DNA of 64,000 nt from Lama glama. Taxonomy: Eukaryota. Location: the NCBI GenBank assembly GCA_028534125.1, contig CM052816.1, positions 10,542,001 through 10,606,000 of the forward strand, read 5' to 3'. Position 1 is the first letter of the stretch. Every line of letters begins with the position of its first letter. The notes under the pieces are model-generated. The model had not been told where the DNA came from and made no database searches. It saw only the letters and a list, made by a program, of their open reading frames with translations. The translations under genes were made by a program, and so were the position numbers. Shown piece after piece: positions 38,985 through 52,015 of this stretch.

Positions 38985-39438
38985 TTTCACTTAATAAGTC
39001 CTGAGGCAGGGAGCCCCCAGAGCTGACTAATTCCCTGGCTGAAGTATAGCATGGAGGACTGAGATCCACTCCATCTTTCTGGTTTGCTGTCCTTGGAATG
39101 TCAGCTTCATCCCAAGACAACTGTAGGCATTCAGGGCATTATACTCAAACACAACAATATCCAGTGAAAAGACATTTTTTTAGAACAATTTTTTCCAGAT
39201 ATTCCCAAGCAATTTCTAATGATGTCCCCTTGGCCTCAGTCTGAGTCACAGGCCCAGTTCTAAACTAACACTGAGAAGGAGGATGGGATTAGCCCAGCTA
39301 CCTTGCACAGATCAGGCTTGCATCTGAGCTTGGTAGAGGATGGTCCTCTCTGAGTAGAGGATGCCATAATAAAATCTGGGCTTTCCAGTGAGGAATAGGG
39401 GCACAATTCCAGGTAGTCCAACAACAGCGTTAACTACA
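38985..39438 (-). mobile_element. MaLR LTR (MLT1K/L-like)
   Basis: tgtcagcttcatccc...ctgagtcacaggcccagttctaaac...aataaaatctgggct...caacagcgttaactaca. Confidence 0.55.
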
Positions 39439-39884
39439 GGAAGCAGAGGCAGATATGGCTTACCCAGTTCTGTTGCTACCACTGGGCAAAGGGTGAAGGT
39501 TTATTGGCTAGGTCTTTGGAGAACGTCTGACTCAGGGAATGCCAAATGCCCAGCTTCTTTAGGCTGACTGCCTTAAAGCTGGGGTCTGGGTGTGTGAGAA
39601 GATAATCTGTCTTTTGTTGTCTTCTTATGTTACTCATTAAGCAAACTCAGCATCAACCCACTTACTGCCTGTGTTATTTGTTAATAGAATTTAAAAGCTG
39701 AGAATAAATAATTAAGCACATGGACACTGTGGGGTGGTACCTGGTTTTGTACTTGAAGTTTCAAGTAAGCAGTATGCTTTTTTTCCCCAGTGTGTTTATT
39801 TTTAATTTATTAGGTTGAACTCTTTTTTTTAAGAGTGTAGCTACCTTTATAATCATATGTTTAGGGGTAAGAATATTGAATTTC

Positions 39885-40440
39885 ATTCCTCCACTTATTT
39901 GGTAAATATTGGGCACTAGGTGTTGAAAACAGCAATTCTTAAAATAGCCAAGGTCTCTGGTGTTACAGAGCTCTCATTGTAGTGGGTGCGGCAGATAATT
40001 TAAAAAGCCAGCTTTCACAGACACAAGATAATTTCAGATGGTGACAAAGTCTAAAGAATAGAAAATGTAATGTGGTCATGGCTGCGTGAGGTGATAGGGG
40101 ATGCTATATGAGATGGTTGTTCTGTGATGGCTTTTCTAAAGAGGTGGCATTTGCATTGAAATCTAAATAATGAGTAGAAGCCAGGTTCAAAAGACGTAGT
40201 GGAATACTGTTTAGACCCAGGAGTCATTGCAAAGGTCCTGAGGCAGTAGCAATCTTGACATGACCAGAAGGGAGACCAGGATGACTGGAGTGGTGAGTGG
40301 GGGAAGGATGAGTTGGCAGAGAGGAGCAGCATCAAGTTCAGGTGATGCCTTGCAACCCCTGGCAAATAATTTGTTTTATTCTGGATGCACTGGGAAGCCA
40401 TTAGAGGATTTTAAGCATGGGAGTACCTTGACGTTTTAAG
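39885..40440 (-). mobile_element. L2 fragment
   Basis: gaggtggcatttgcattgaaatct...tgcaaaggtcctgaggcag...ctgggaagccattagaggattttaagca. Confidence 0.75.
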
Positions 40441-41029
40441 AAGTAATAAAATGGAGGAGTGGTGATTTGATACTCAAACCAACACCCTAGGGCATTTCAC
40501 CCCAGTGGAGAACTTCAGTAACATAACCTTCCACAGAGTTGTAGTGTGAAAATTAAACCTCATCTTTAAACTCAGACTTTTTTGTTGTTGTTGCACACTT
40601 GTTTGTTTTGTTTTTGCTTTCAACCCGGAGGTCTTCATACCCACCTTGCATAGTAAAATGCTGCCTGTGGTCTAGAGCTCACTGTGGTATCTTTGCCCAG
40701 GACCACAATAGGAACTAGTAAAATTTTAGATCTAGTTGGTGCCTATGATTTAAACCTAGAAGTGAACACTCAAGTGAGTTAATAATGCTTATATATGTGG
40801 TGGTTCAGAGAGCAAGATGTTGAATTTGCTGTTACCAGTTGTGTACCCTTGAGCAGGTACTAAAAAGAATAGATCCTGTATCATGGGGATGCTGCAAGAC
40901 TTAAATGAGATAATGCATGTTAGTTGTGAGCCCTGGAACCCACATTCAGCAGGAGCCCCATTAACTCTTTTTCATTTTTTGTTATAAAACACACTGGGCT
41001 CAGTCAACTCCACTTACTTCCTCCAAAGC

Positions 41030-42375
41030 CCACCCACACACCTTAGAGTCATCCTTGACTCTGCCTTCTTTACTTCCCTCAACGCACATGCTCATCTGTT
41101 CTCAGCCCTACATCACTCTTCCCCCTAAATATCTCAAATATAATCTCTGGGATCCTTTGACCTCTTTCCAACCCCATTGTCACTCTCCTCCTCTGGCTAC
41201 CATCTTCTCTTCCCTAGATATGGAAGCAGCCTCCTTGGTTTTTCTGTAGCCTCCTTCTTAGCCACCTCCAGTCTGTTTTTCACCCTATGCCTCTGTTAGG
41301 TAGTTAGATAAGTGGGGGCACTGGGCAAACGGGTGGAGGGGAGGGAGGGTGGCCCAGAAGGTGGAGTAGTGCCCACCTCCAGCATAAAGGGGCTTTACTT
41401 CTAAATGAGTGCCAGCAAGAAACTGGTTAGAACCCGGCAGCCACGACTTCCCAGTAGCCGAAAGGACTTAACCAGGCACCACCCAATGCTCATTGTATTA
41501 TAATTAACACTAAAGTTTAGCACCACCTCCATAGGTTTTTCTGTACACACCATGGGTGAGGACATGCGCAAAGGGATTAAACATGACTAAGCATTTCAGG
41601 GACAAGAGCCGTCAATCAATCAAGAGACCACCTCTAAGGGAGGGTGTAAGAGAAAGGGGAGATAGAAACCACCACTTTTCCTCCCTCGGATCAGTCTGCC
41701 TCCTGTTCTTAGAGGTGTACTTTTTCTTTTCTAAATAAATCTTTAAAAATCTTCCACTACACAATGTACCGTCTCCCAACTGCAAACTTATCTTTTGGGT
41801 ATGACAGGAACTGGGGTCTTTACCTTTTGGGGTAACACCTCCCGTAGTGCTTCTCGTGGGCACGCATGTCACTTCCCTCCTAAAACCTTCCCTGGGCTCC
41901 ATTGTTCTTAGGATACTTCTAGCCTCACTCCCTGTTTTCCTTCATGTCCCCTGTATACCTGATTCCCTCGCCTCCAGCATGACACACACGTTATTTTCTT
42001 TGCCAAAAATATTGTTCACCCTGTCTGTCCCTGGCAAACCCCTACTCATCACTCACATCTCAGCTTTGGTTTCACTTTTCCTAGTAAGCCTTCCCTTAGC
42101 CTGAACTCTCAGCCTCACTGCCCTTCTAAGAGGTCCTGGATGTTATCGATCATAACACTTGCATTATCATTGCCTTGCTCCTTGCGTACTCTCCTCCACT
42201 AGATCATAGTCTCCGTGAAGGCAGGGCCATATCAATGTGTCTGCTACAACTGTAAGGTGTATAAGCAACCCCAGTGCCCAGCACAGTGCCTGGCACATGC
42301 TGGCACATGTTGAATACATGTGCACATGAATGAATAAACATACTATCAAATACACGCACACATGAATGAATGAAC
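41030..42375 (+). mobile_element. L2 LINE split by a solo LTR
   Basis: accttagagtcatccttgactc...catgtcacttccctcctaaaacc...cccagtgcccagcacagtgcctggcaca...tgaatgaatgaa. Confidence 0.75.
41294..41837 (+). mobile_element. ERV1 (gammaretrovirus-like) solo LTR, 544 bp
   Basis: Terminal inverted repeats TGTTA...TAACA, perfect 4-bp TSD cctc (41290-41293 and 41838-41841), CCAAT near 41483 and AATAAA at 41734-41739. Confidence 0.85.
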
Positions 42376-42821
42376 ACCAGCTTTCCAATCAGTAAAGACC
42401 AGTAGACAAAACTCTCAGAAAATTCATTCTAGTGACAAGAGTGATGTTTCTTACTACCAGTCCTACTCCCTGTCAGTAAAATTGGTGGCCAGAATTCCTT
42501 CAAACTTAAATAATTTACTGCAGAATAGAGCTGCCGTTTTTCAATGTGTCAGTATCAGTGGCTGCCTAAAGACCCAGGTTAGACCAAATGGCGACAGCAT
42601 TATATTGTTAAATTGTCAAAACACTTTTACGTATATTGTTTCATGGGATTTACACACCAGATCTGTGGGAGAATGAGGTGAGGACACTGAGACATGAAGA
42701 TGTAGTCAGAACCCAGTTCTCGTCTCTTCTAGTCAGAGTATTACTTGCCCACGTGATCTTGCCTTATATATGATTAATGTGATCATTACCCCAGCCCTGG
42801 TCGAGGCATATTACTGTGAAG

Positions 42822-43071
42822 CAGTGATTCTCCCTGTTGGGCAGGGGGGTTGCCCTCCAGGGGATATTCAGCAATGTCTGGAGACATTTTATTATCACCG
42901 CTGAGGTGGGGAGGGCTTGCTACTGGCATCTAGTGTATGGAGGCCAGGGATGCTGCTTAACATCCTACAATGCACAGGACAGAACAGCCCCACCACCCCA
43001 GCCCCACTCCCACCACCACCAAAGAGTTATCCAGCCCCAAATGTCAACAGTGCTGATGTTGAGAAACCCTG
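42822..43071 (+). mobile_element. MER20 hAT-Charlie element
   Basis: gcaatgtctggagacatttt...tgctactggcatctagtg...ggccagggatgctgcttaacatcctacaatgcacaggacag...gttgagaaaccctg, with TSD ctgtgaag/ctgtgtag. Confidence 0.9.
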
Positions 43072-44669
43072 CTGTGTAGCAAAGCTCATAGACAGAAACA
43101 GAGATGAACAGTAGTGTGGAAATCTCTCCAAGTGTAGAGAGATCGGTGAGTGCACCACCTGTTTAAAGGCATGTAGTTTGAATGAGAACATAAAATACTC
43201 TGCCGGCCAAACAGAACGTTTCTGCAGGCTGTGCACTGTGTGCGCAGGGCGGACTCCCAGGGGGACGTCTTCGCTGAATGATCCTGTCTTGCTCTGTACC
43301 CCAAACGCCACAGGTAGAACCCTTCCCCTGCCGCCTCCTGAAAGATTTACAGTTATGGCCTCTCAGAGTCAAAGGAAAACTTGGGTTAAATGTGTTTTCC
43401 AGAGAAGGCATTAAACCTGATCACTCGAATGTCTTTTCTTGTATCTATAAAGGGTGGCCACAGGGTCGGAAAACTAAGATCTCACTGCCTGGATTCATGT
43501 GCTGGGTTGCCTTAAAGTTGTCTAACATTCTCATCCGTCCAACAGGAAATAGTGCTGCCTAGCCCTGGGAAATAAGACCAGATTGGATATCGGGGTTAGA
43601 GAAATCCTTCAGAAATACATTCTTATCTTTGCATATGGATTTCTTTTCATACTGTTCATGGTTTAATTAAAACCCAGAGCTGTGCAGGTGGAAAGCAAAT
43701 GAGCAGTTCCTTTTGAGGAACTGGAAATGCATTCTGGATTTACTTTGGAATGTTCCTCCTTAAAAGGCTTTGAGACATTTTATAGACAGAATAATTGGGT
43801 TGTTCTTTGCCCAGATTGGACAAAGGAGGTTGAAGTCCACTGTTTCCAAATGGAGCTAATTAGTGCATAGCCTTAACATAGAATGGAATCTGTTTTATAT
43901 ATTTAAAACATATTTTATAATTCCATTAATCTGGAGTAAATAGGGGAAACAGTGAATTTGAGTTATGAGTCACTATATCTTTAAAAATGTTTAACATAAT
44001 GTTATTTTCATGTTTATAAAGTAGCATTAAGAAATGTCTTATAATAGACTGACAAATAAATAGAAGTACTCACTATTCATCCCCCAAAGTAATTCTAGAA
44101 TTTCCTTACTTTCATACTATTGCTCCAGTTATTACTTCCTATCAGAATGTTTTCTCACTCACATCTCCACAGATTTAAATTCTCCCTGTCCTTCAAAGTC
44201 TGTCTAAAATGCCACCACCTCCAGGAAGTCTTCTTGGAAGCTGATCCCATGTCCTGGTTAGGTGTGAGAGATTCCTACTCTGCACTGTATCTGTTACTCT
44301 CTTATGGCCTTTCTGTAATTTTTAATATATTTATATTTTTCATTTATTTCTTTATTTCTTACCTCCATACTCACCTTTACCCTCTGTGCCTCCTACTCCC
44401 ACCGTCTTTGGCATCGTGCCTTAGAAAAAGCAAACCTTCAACATGTATTGACTCTCTGGGGGCATTGATGGGTAGGTGTGTGGATTTCGTTAGATTTCCC
44501 CCACATGACCATTAGCAAATTCTTCCTTTCAAATGGGTCAGAAGTAAACCTGACTGACCCTGATCACAAATTCAGAATAAGTAGACACAGAAGTTTAGTC
44601 TCATCCTAGAGGAGCTGTTCTACATTACACTACATGGGAGAGATTATCAAGATCATGCAGCCCAGGAAG

Positions 44670-44900
44670 CAGCATAGCATCTAGACGGTGAGGGGGTAGG
44701 AGTGAAAAATTAGCACTGGAATCTTAGCTCCTCCCTGTGCTTGCTTTTAGCAAGTTACTTAACATCTCTGTGCAAATTTCCTCATGTATAAACAGATAAA
44801 ATAATAACATTTACTTTATTCCAAGTTTTTAAAGAGGATTAAATAAGATCTAGGTAATGTGGTTAGAAGAGTGGCTGGACCTAGTGAGAACTCAGATTTG
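44670..44900 (+). mobile_element. MIR SINE
   Basis: gcaagttacttaacatctctgtgcaaatttcctcatgtataa...gaggattaaataag. Confidence 0.75.
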
Positions 44901-45664
44901 ATGGTGGTGGTGATTACGATTCTTAACATCATCTGTTAAAATCAAGTCATATTTCTGTGGCTTAGAATTATATATATATATATATAATATATATATATAT
45001 AAGCTACTTGCTCTGATATCTCATAATAAATCAGGAGAGTTATTTGTCTCCTTTTTGTAGGTACTAAGTGAGAATTAGTATATAACATTTGGTGGGAATC
45101 GTACTTGGCTGTGTTATGCTTTTCATTCTGTGGTCTTTTCAATGAGAGCCAAAATCTTCTGTTGTAACTGACTGGATTTTTGTTTCTTTCTTTGCTACAT
45201 GGTAGCATCTGCTCTGAATTGAGCCTGTCCTCCATCTTCAAAGTCCTCTTTAGTCTTACCTGTGTCTGCTTGGCTTTAGTCATATGCCAAGAGAGCTGGC
45301 TGAGCAACTGGTCCAGACTGCCAATCACAAATATGGATCCGGTCTCCCCTGACTTCTCAGCTGGGTCTGGGGATACCAACCTGTGCCCCCACCGAAGTGA
45401 TAGTATCGCAGTGAATCAAACACTAAATAAATTACCACTTTAAAATAATCAGATAGTTTACATCATTAAATTAGAAAAGGAAATTGCTCTGAAGGTAAAT
45501 TGCAGGCTACAGTGGGTAGATGAGAGGAGCAATACCATTTCTTGGCCAGCAACTTGTCTTTCAGGCCTTAGGTGAAATGTCACCTCCTCAGAGAAGCCTT
45601 CCCTGACCATCCAAGCAAAGCAGCCACTTTCTACCACATCCTCCATTTTATTTTCTTCAGTCTC

Positions 45665-46478
45665 CTTTTAAAAAAATGAAGTGTAATTGACATAAAAACA
45701 TTATATTAGTTTCAAGTGTACAATATAATAATTCTGTTTTTATATATTGCAAAATGATCACCTCAGTAAATCCAGTTAACATCTGTCACCATACCTAGTG
45801 ACAGTATTTTTTCTTATGATCAGAACTTTCGAGATCTACTCTCTGAGCAACTTTAAAATATACAGTACAGTCTTATTAACTATATTCACCATGCTTTACA
45901 TTACATTTTTTTTTACATTAAAGTATAGTCAGTTTACAATGTGTCAATTTCTGGTGTACAGCATAATGTTTCAGTCATATTACATTACATCTTCATGACT
46001 TATGTATTTTATAACTGGAAAGTTGTACCCTTTAACCCGCTTCATCCAATTTGCCTACTCCCCACCCTCTGCCTCTGGCACCCACCAATCTGTTCTCTGT
46101 GTCTGTGAGCTTGGGGTGTGTTTTTTTCATTAGTTTGTTTTAGATTTCACCTGTGAGTGAGTTCCTATGGTATTTGACTTTCTCCGACTTATTTCACTTG
46201 GCATAATGCCCTCAAATTCCATCCATGTAGTCACAAATGACAAGATTGCCTTGTTTTTATAGATGAATAATATTCCCCTGTGTGTACACACATACACACA
46301 CACACACACACACCCCTTTTATTTACCCATTCATCCATCGATGGACACTTAGGTTGTTTCCATAGGTTGGCTATTATAAATAATGCTGCGGTAAACATGG
46401 GGGTGCGGATGTCTTTTTGAATTAGTGGTTTCATTTTCTTTGGATAAATACCTAGAATTGCTGGATCATTATTCTACT
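45665..46478 (-). mobile_element. L1MA-like 3' end inserted in an L2 (L2 at about 45560-45660 and 46480-46670)
   Basis: gatctactctctgagcaacttt...ccatcgatggacacttaggttgtttcca. The minus-strand peptide reads TPMFTAALFIIANLWKQPKCPSMDEW. Confidence 0.85.
45907..45979 (-). mobile_element. About 73-bp L1 tail nested in L1
   Basis: Poly(T) plus aagtatagtcagtttacaatgtgtcaatttctggtgtacagcat, with 11-bp TSD ttacattacat (45896-45906 and 45980-45990). Confidence 0.8.
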
Positions 46479-47166
46479 TTTCACCATCTGAAATAACCTT
46501 GTTGATACAATGTTTACTTGTTTATTGTCTCTCTCCTTCTTCTAAAATATAAACTCAATGAGCTAAACCTCAATATATTATTTACTGCAGTATCTCCAGT
46601 AACATCTAGACGCATGCCTAGTATTTAATAGCTGCTAAAAATATTACATTGTGTGAATGTGTGAGTGAACTAACCAAAAAGAGGTTCCTCTTCCTTCCAG
46701 ATCAGATTATACCACGTTGTCAGTTTCACACACAGACTGGAGAGTGTGGGGAGGGTGATGGAAATTAGGTCAGAATTCTCTTTTTTGGTTTGACTCCATT
46801 CAATCCGGCACATATTTACCAAATTCCTATTATGCAGCAGGCATGAAATTCACCCTCAGGATTCAGCAGAGAAAAGTCAGAGTCCTGCCCTCCTGCCACT
46901 TAGCGCCTGGCAAGAGAGTTAGACACTTAACAACAGTTATCAAAGTAATTGAATAGCACTTACTTTGTGCCACATAGAATTCTAAGCACTTTCATGAGTT
47001 ACCTCATTTAATCCTCAGCACAGACTTACGTGTTAGGAGTGATGATTATACCTTGAAGAAAAAGGCAGATATCTTATTTCTCTTGTTTACTGTTGATTCC
47101 TTAGCATCGTGTACAGTGCTTGGCAGAAGTAGATGCTCAACAAATATGATGAAAGATGAATGAATG

Positions 47167-47254
47167 GAGGGGTGGGTCTAGCTCAGTGGTAGAGCACATA
47201 CTTAGCATGCACAAGGTCCTAGGTTCAATCCCCAGTACCTCCATTAAAAAAAAT
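47167..47254 (+). mobile_element. tRNA-derived SINE (vic-1-like), short form
   Basis: tagctcagtggtagagcacatacttagcatgcacaaggtcctaggttcaatccccagtacctcc plus an A tail. Flanks atgaatgaatg/atgaatgagtg; inserted in an L2 tail. Confidence 0.88.
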
Positions 47255-48196
47255 AATGAATGAGTGTTTTAAAAGAGGAGGATGTTATTGGAGAGTCTGT
47301 AGCAGGAGGATTTGATCCTGTCTGAGGCTTTAAGAAACCTTTCTTTGCTGATGTGACATTTTATTTAAGACTTGAAAAATGCATAAGAATTTGCTCTGCT
47401 TTGACTTGAGGGTAAAAGTCTAGGCAGGCTCAGTCTGACTGATCTTAAATAAATGAATTTCCCCCCGCCACACCCCAGGGTTTAGTTTTCTTTTTAGCAA
47501 AATGATAGAGTGCAATGATGAAACTTCCCCAAAGGAGGCTGTAAAAACATGCTGAAAGAGAATGGTCAGGGTGGGCTTCCCACGAGAGTTGGGCTTCCAC
47601 GAGAGACAGCAGCAGAAATGGCACCAGTGGGAACGGGCTGCTGGGAGGCCTGAGTCCATTGGCCCCAAGGCAAGGGCTCCAGCTGGGACTTGGCAGGACG
47701 AAAGTGATGGCTTCTGATCTCCCAGGAGGTCAGTCTAAAGAAAAGCTTGGGGCAGCTGGTCCAGAGTGCAGCACTCAACAGTCTCCCAGTGAATTAGTTT
47801 TTTTGCTGTTGGATGTCAGAACCTGGCAGGTGGAAGTCATCTGGGGCCTTTCTTGTCTCTGGGCCAGACTCCCGGCCCTTCTCACATGGCACCTAAAATG
47901 GGTCACCTTTATCTTTCCCTCCTCCTAGGCTTCTAGTTCCCCTTCAGAGACCTCTTTCTGCCCTTGGGCCCTCCCTCCAGGCACCTGGGCCATTGCCTTA
48001 GAGCCTCCCCCATCCTCATACAGATCTCATCTTCTCCTGGTAGCCCTGTTCTTATCTGTGATGACATTGGGTATATCAGAGTCTAGTTCCACTTACGGAC
48101 TTAATGACTGCTAACTGTTCACTTGCTATGCCTTCAGTAAGGTAATTGCCTTTTTACAGGGATTTTTTGTAAACAACACCTAATGTGAAAGCATGG

Positions 48197-48410
48197 ATTT
48201 TTTTTTAAAATTCTTATTCTTTGTTGAAGTGTAGTCGATTTACAATATTAGTTTCAGGTATATAGCTAAGTGATTCAGTTATACATACATACATGTATAT
48301 ATTTTCAGTTTCTTTTCCCTACGGCTCATTACAAGAAATTGAATATCGTTCCCTGAGCTATACAGTAGGTCCTTGCTGTTTATTTTATATATAATAGTAT
48401 CTGCAAATAC
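48197..48410 (-). mobile_element. L1 3' UTR fragment
   Basis: ttgaagtgtagtcgatttacaat...ttgaatatcgttccctgagctatacagtaggtcc. Confidence 0.8.
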
Positions 48411-49544
48411 ATTGACCTTTGGAGGCTCTATAATCCCAAAAAATCTTTTCAGAACCTCTTCCTGCTGTCACTCGTATAACACTGTATTATAACTGTTTAT
48501 TAGTCCTTTTTTTTTTTTCTGAAAAATGCGCTCCATTAGATTAGGGATGGTATCTTATAGCCTGAATTCCCATCACTCAGCCTAACACTTGATGTAACAA
48601 TGCGAGGTAGCAACAAATTATTGGACAAAAATAAGACAAGTGATTTAAGACAAGAGTGTTAGAAAAACTTTCTGTTATCCTGACCCTTCAAGCCAAAGCA
48701 TGAAATGAAGTACCTGACTCCAAAGCTTCTCCACGTGTGAAGAACGAATCACTTGGACTGTTAACTGTGCAGATTCCTTGGCTATCCCCAGGGAGTCTGA
48801 ATCCATAGGCTTGAGGGCTGTGGAGTCTGCATTCTCCACTTGTGATCCTGGGGCAAAAACACTGCCTCTCCTCTGGGGGAGCTGTTTGTCTTCAGATAAA
48901 CTATTATATCCTCTCAGCCTGTTTTCTGTAAAATGGGGTTGTTCAGAGAATCAAAGAGAAAAATAAATGTGAAAGCAATTGAACCATTTGTGTAGTGCAG
49001 TGCAAACCACCTGCACTGGAATCACCTGTCCAAGGAGATTTCAGATTTGTTCTTTCGCTCATCCTGCATATGGGTAGATAGGGTCCATACGTCTGGCACT
49101 CCATCATCATTTTTAATTGGGATTGGAGAAGACATTTTCAGTCATGGCAAAGAGGTACTGGCTGGTTTGCAGTGGCTTGTTTGGAACGTGGGTGCTAGTT
49201 ACATTGTTCTTTTGTTTCTAATGGAGGAGGCAGGTTTTTGTTGTTTATTTAGTTCTTTGAGGGTAATTATGGGCAGTATTATCTGTGAGTATTTTTTAAC
49301 CTAGGAAGAAATTGCTGAGTGCCTACCATTAACTCAGAAGATATTTACTAAGTGCCTACTGTTTATCTAATACTAAAATACGCAAAGTTGAAGCCCGTCT
49401 ATACATGAATTCCATAATATCTTTGCTTGAATAGTGCATTCCAGCTTTATGATGGACTCTAGGTCACTTCATTTGTGCTGTTGAAGGACCTCCCCAAAAA
49501 TAATTACAAAACATCTTTCAGAAGCTTTCTCTCATATATGTTGA

Positions 49545-49720
49545 TTCATTCACTCATTCATTTGCTTACCCACTGAACTCATATTGATTGAGTACCTACT
49601 TTGTGCCAGGCACTGGGCGAGGCACTAGGGGTACAAAGATGAATTAGACATTGATATCTCCCTCAGGAAGTTTACAGTTTCATTGCTCAGACAAGATAAG
49701 TAAGTAGATAGAAGATACTG
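49545..49720 (-). mobile_element. L2 3' end fragment
   Basis: attcattcactcattc...ttgagtacctactttgtgccaggcactggg...acaaagatgaattagaca. Confidence 0.75.
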
Positions 49721-49759
49721 TAATTAAGGGCTGATACTACTGTTAGAGACAGTAGCAAT

Positions 49760-49990
49760 TCAACTGATAAGACACTCATTCTAGGCACTGTGCTAAACCC
49801 TTCATATGAGCCGTCCTATTTTGCCCTCCCAATATCGTGTAAGGTTCTATCATTACCCTTTTATTATCCTTACTATATCTGTAATGAGGCTTAGAGATGC
49901 TAAGTTGCCCAAGGTCACACAGTAAATCAATATCAAAGGCAGGCTTAAACCCTGGCTGTTTAATTGTAGTACCACCCTCTTAACCACACC
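49760..49990 (-). mobile_element. MIR SINE
   Basis: taggcactgtgctaaaccc...gaggcttagagatgctaagttgcccaaggtcacacag...ctcttaaccac. Confidence 0.75.
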
Positions 49991-51689
49991 TGCCCTTTTG
50001 CTGCTCTGAAGTTGGCATATGGCCACAGAAGCTCAGAGAAGTCTAACAGCAACAGTAAGAACAGCCTTCGCGGTGACAGTTTATCAAGTGTCTATAATGT
50101 GCCAGGTACATCAAGTGCTTATTACCTCCCTTCATTCAAGAATACACGAAGAAAACCTTGTTCCCATTTTATAGATATACAAACTAAGGCCCACAGGTGT
50201 TAAAGTTGCGTTCACATCTCCCCAGCCAGTAAGTGAATGCCCTGGGCTTCCAACTTGGGTCAGATTGACCCCAAAGCCCATACTCCTTCCATCTTTACTC
50301 ATACTGATTGGGGTTAGGTGTTCTTTGTCTCTCAGGAAGTTACTTCTGGATTTGCTCTTCTGTTGTGAGTTTGAGATTATCCACACAACCAATCTAGACC
50401 ACTTAGACATTGTTTAAACAGCATCATACTTGGGATGGTCCAACCTTGCTGGGTCTCTGGGTTTAAGGAAGTGATGGGGTATATGATTATTGAAGGACAA
50501 ATGTTCTGTCCCCACCAGTAAATTTTCATCATGTTGCAGTGGTCCTCAAGTCAGAGAGACAGCATGTTGGTGGAAGAGTGGGTTTACGTCACGGCCTGGA
50601 CTGACACTACAGTCACTTTATGACTCTTAAGTCTTTGCTCACCTGGGCAGGCTGACACATCGTTCCCATGCTAAGTTAAGTATTTTCAAAAAGAGGAGAG
50701 TCCATCAAGGCTCAGAAATTATCCTATCAGATTTCAAGGCCACACTTTTATATTAAATCTTATTTTTAAAAATCTCACTCAGGGGAATATTGGTTTTCCT
50801 TTACCATTTAAATCATTTCCTTGTGCCTCTGAATATATCACAAAAAACATTCACCTCTTTCTCTTTATCATGTACAATAGGATACAGTCGTGTTTTTGAC
50901 AGAAATGATAAATCCTGAACTGATGTCTTGTGCTTACCTTCCTGTGGTAAGGTTTCCAAAGTTATTACTATTTCATGGGTCAAAACCAAACCAGCTCCCT
51001 AGTCCAAAGTACTTTAACTTGTATTTGGCGATTGGCCGTATGCTTTAATATTCTCTCCCTCTCCGTCTCTTTCTCCCTGTCTCATTTGCAATCTCAGTGA
51101 GAGTTTTGGTAAAGTTGTATAATCCTTGGATCAACTTCCTTGTACCATGTTTTCATATGCCATCAGGGTACACAGGTCGGTGAAGGGCCAGTTCCCCTGG
51201 GTTTATCCTCTGTTCTCGTGTTGTGGCTTTAAATTTGTACAGCAAATAACTCAGAACCATGTTATTGCCTGGGTGTGAGTGCTGGCAGGGAAACACAGCC
51301 GTGGTAGTGCACAGAATCTGTCTGTGTTAGCCCTCTGTCACCGACGACTCAACCCAGCTTTCGGCTTCACCTAAATGATAAATGGTCCTATTGTTTGGGT
51401 TTCGTATTAAGAGAAAAAACGGGACTAAATCGAGATGAAGCAAGGACAGAGACCCATTTCATTGCACTGTACTTTAATATTCCTGAGACCCATGGCATTA
51501 CGGGTGGCTTCTTTTAACAGCCGTCTCTCTCCAGGGCGGAACACTATGCTGTCTTTGTTTCATCTGATCTTTCAGCTAAATAAGAGATGGTCACTTATCC
51601 TCTCGACTCCCATATCCTGCTGTATTTCTGTTGCTAAAAGAGAAACTGACCACACGGGAAAAGGTAGAGGTTTCAGGCAGGGCATTTCA

Positions 51690-51770
51690 GCGTGTGTTTA
51701 CAGGCAAGACTGACTTACTCAGCAAATCCTGCTCGGAGGAGCTGCAGCCAATGAAGAGGCTATATCCCGG
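51690..51770 (+). promoter_or_regulatory. PPP2R2B: Putative proximal promoter of the Bbeta2 transcript
   Basis: Repeat-free DNA 250-320 bp upstream of the ATG. It contains a forkhead-type TGTTTAC (51695-51701), a Maf/NFE2-like TTACTCAGCA (51715-51724), an NF-Y-type AGCCAATGA (CCAAT at 51748-51752) and a weak TATA-like TATAT (51761). The TSS cannot be determined from sequence alone. Confidence 0.5.
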
Positions 51771-52015
51771 CTTGCTTGGGGGCTTCTGAGTTTGAGCTGC
51801 ATGCAGAAATGTAAGGCACTGCTTCCTGGCGCTGATGGCAAAATGGGACCCATCTCCAGTTATTCCTCGGGTTCCCTAGCTTTGCAGATCTGGGAGAGAG
51901 CCTCCCTTCACATACTGGTGATGTAGCCAGCTTTAAAGGCCGAGAGAATCCTCATGGATTCAGGAGACTGGTTTTTTATTTAGATTTTTTTTTCTTTTTT
52001 CATTTTTTTTGGAAG

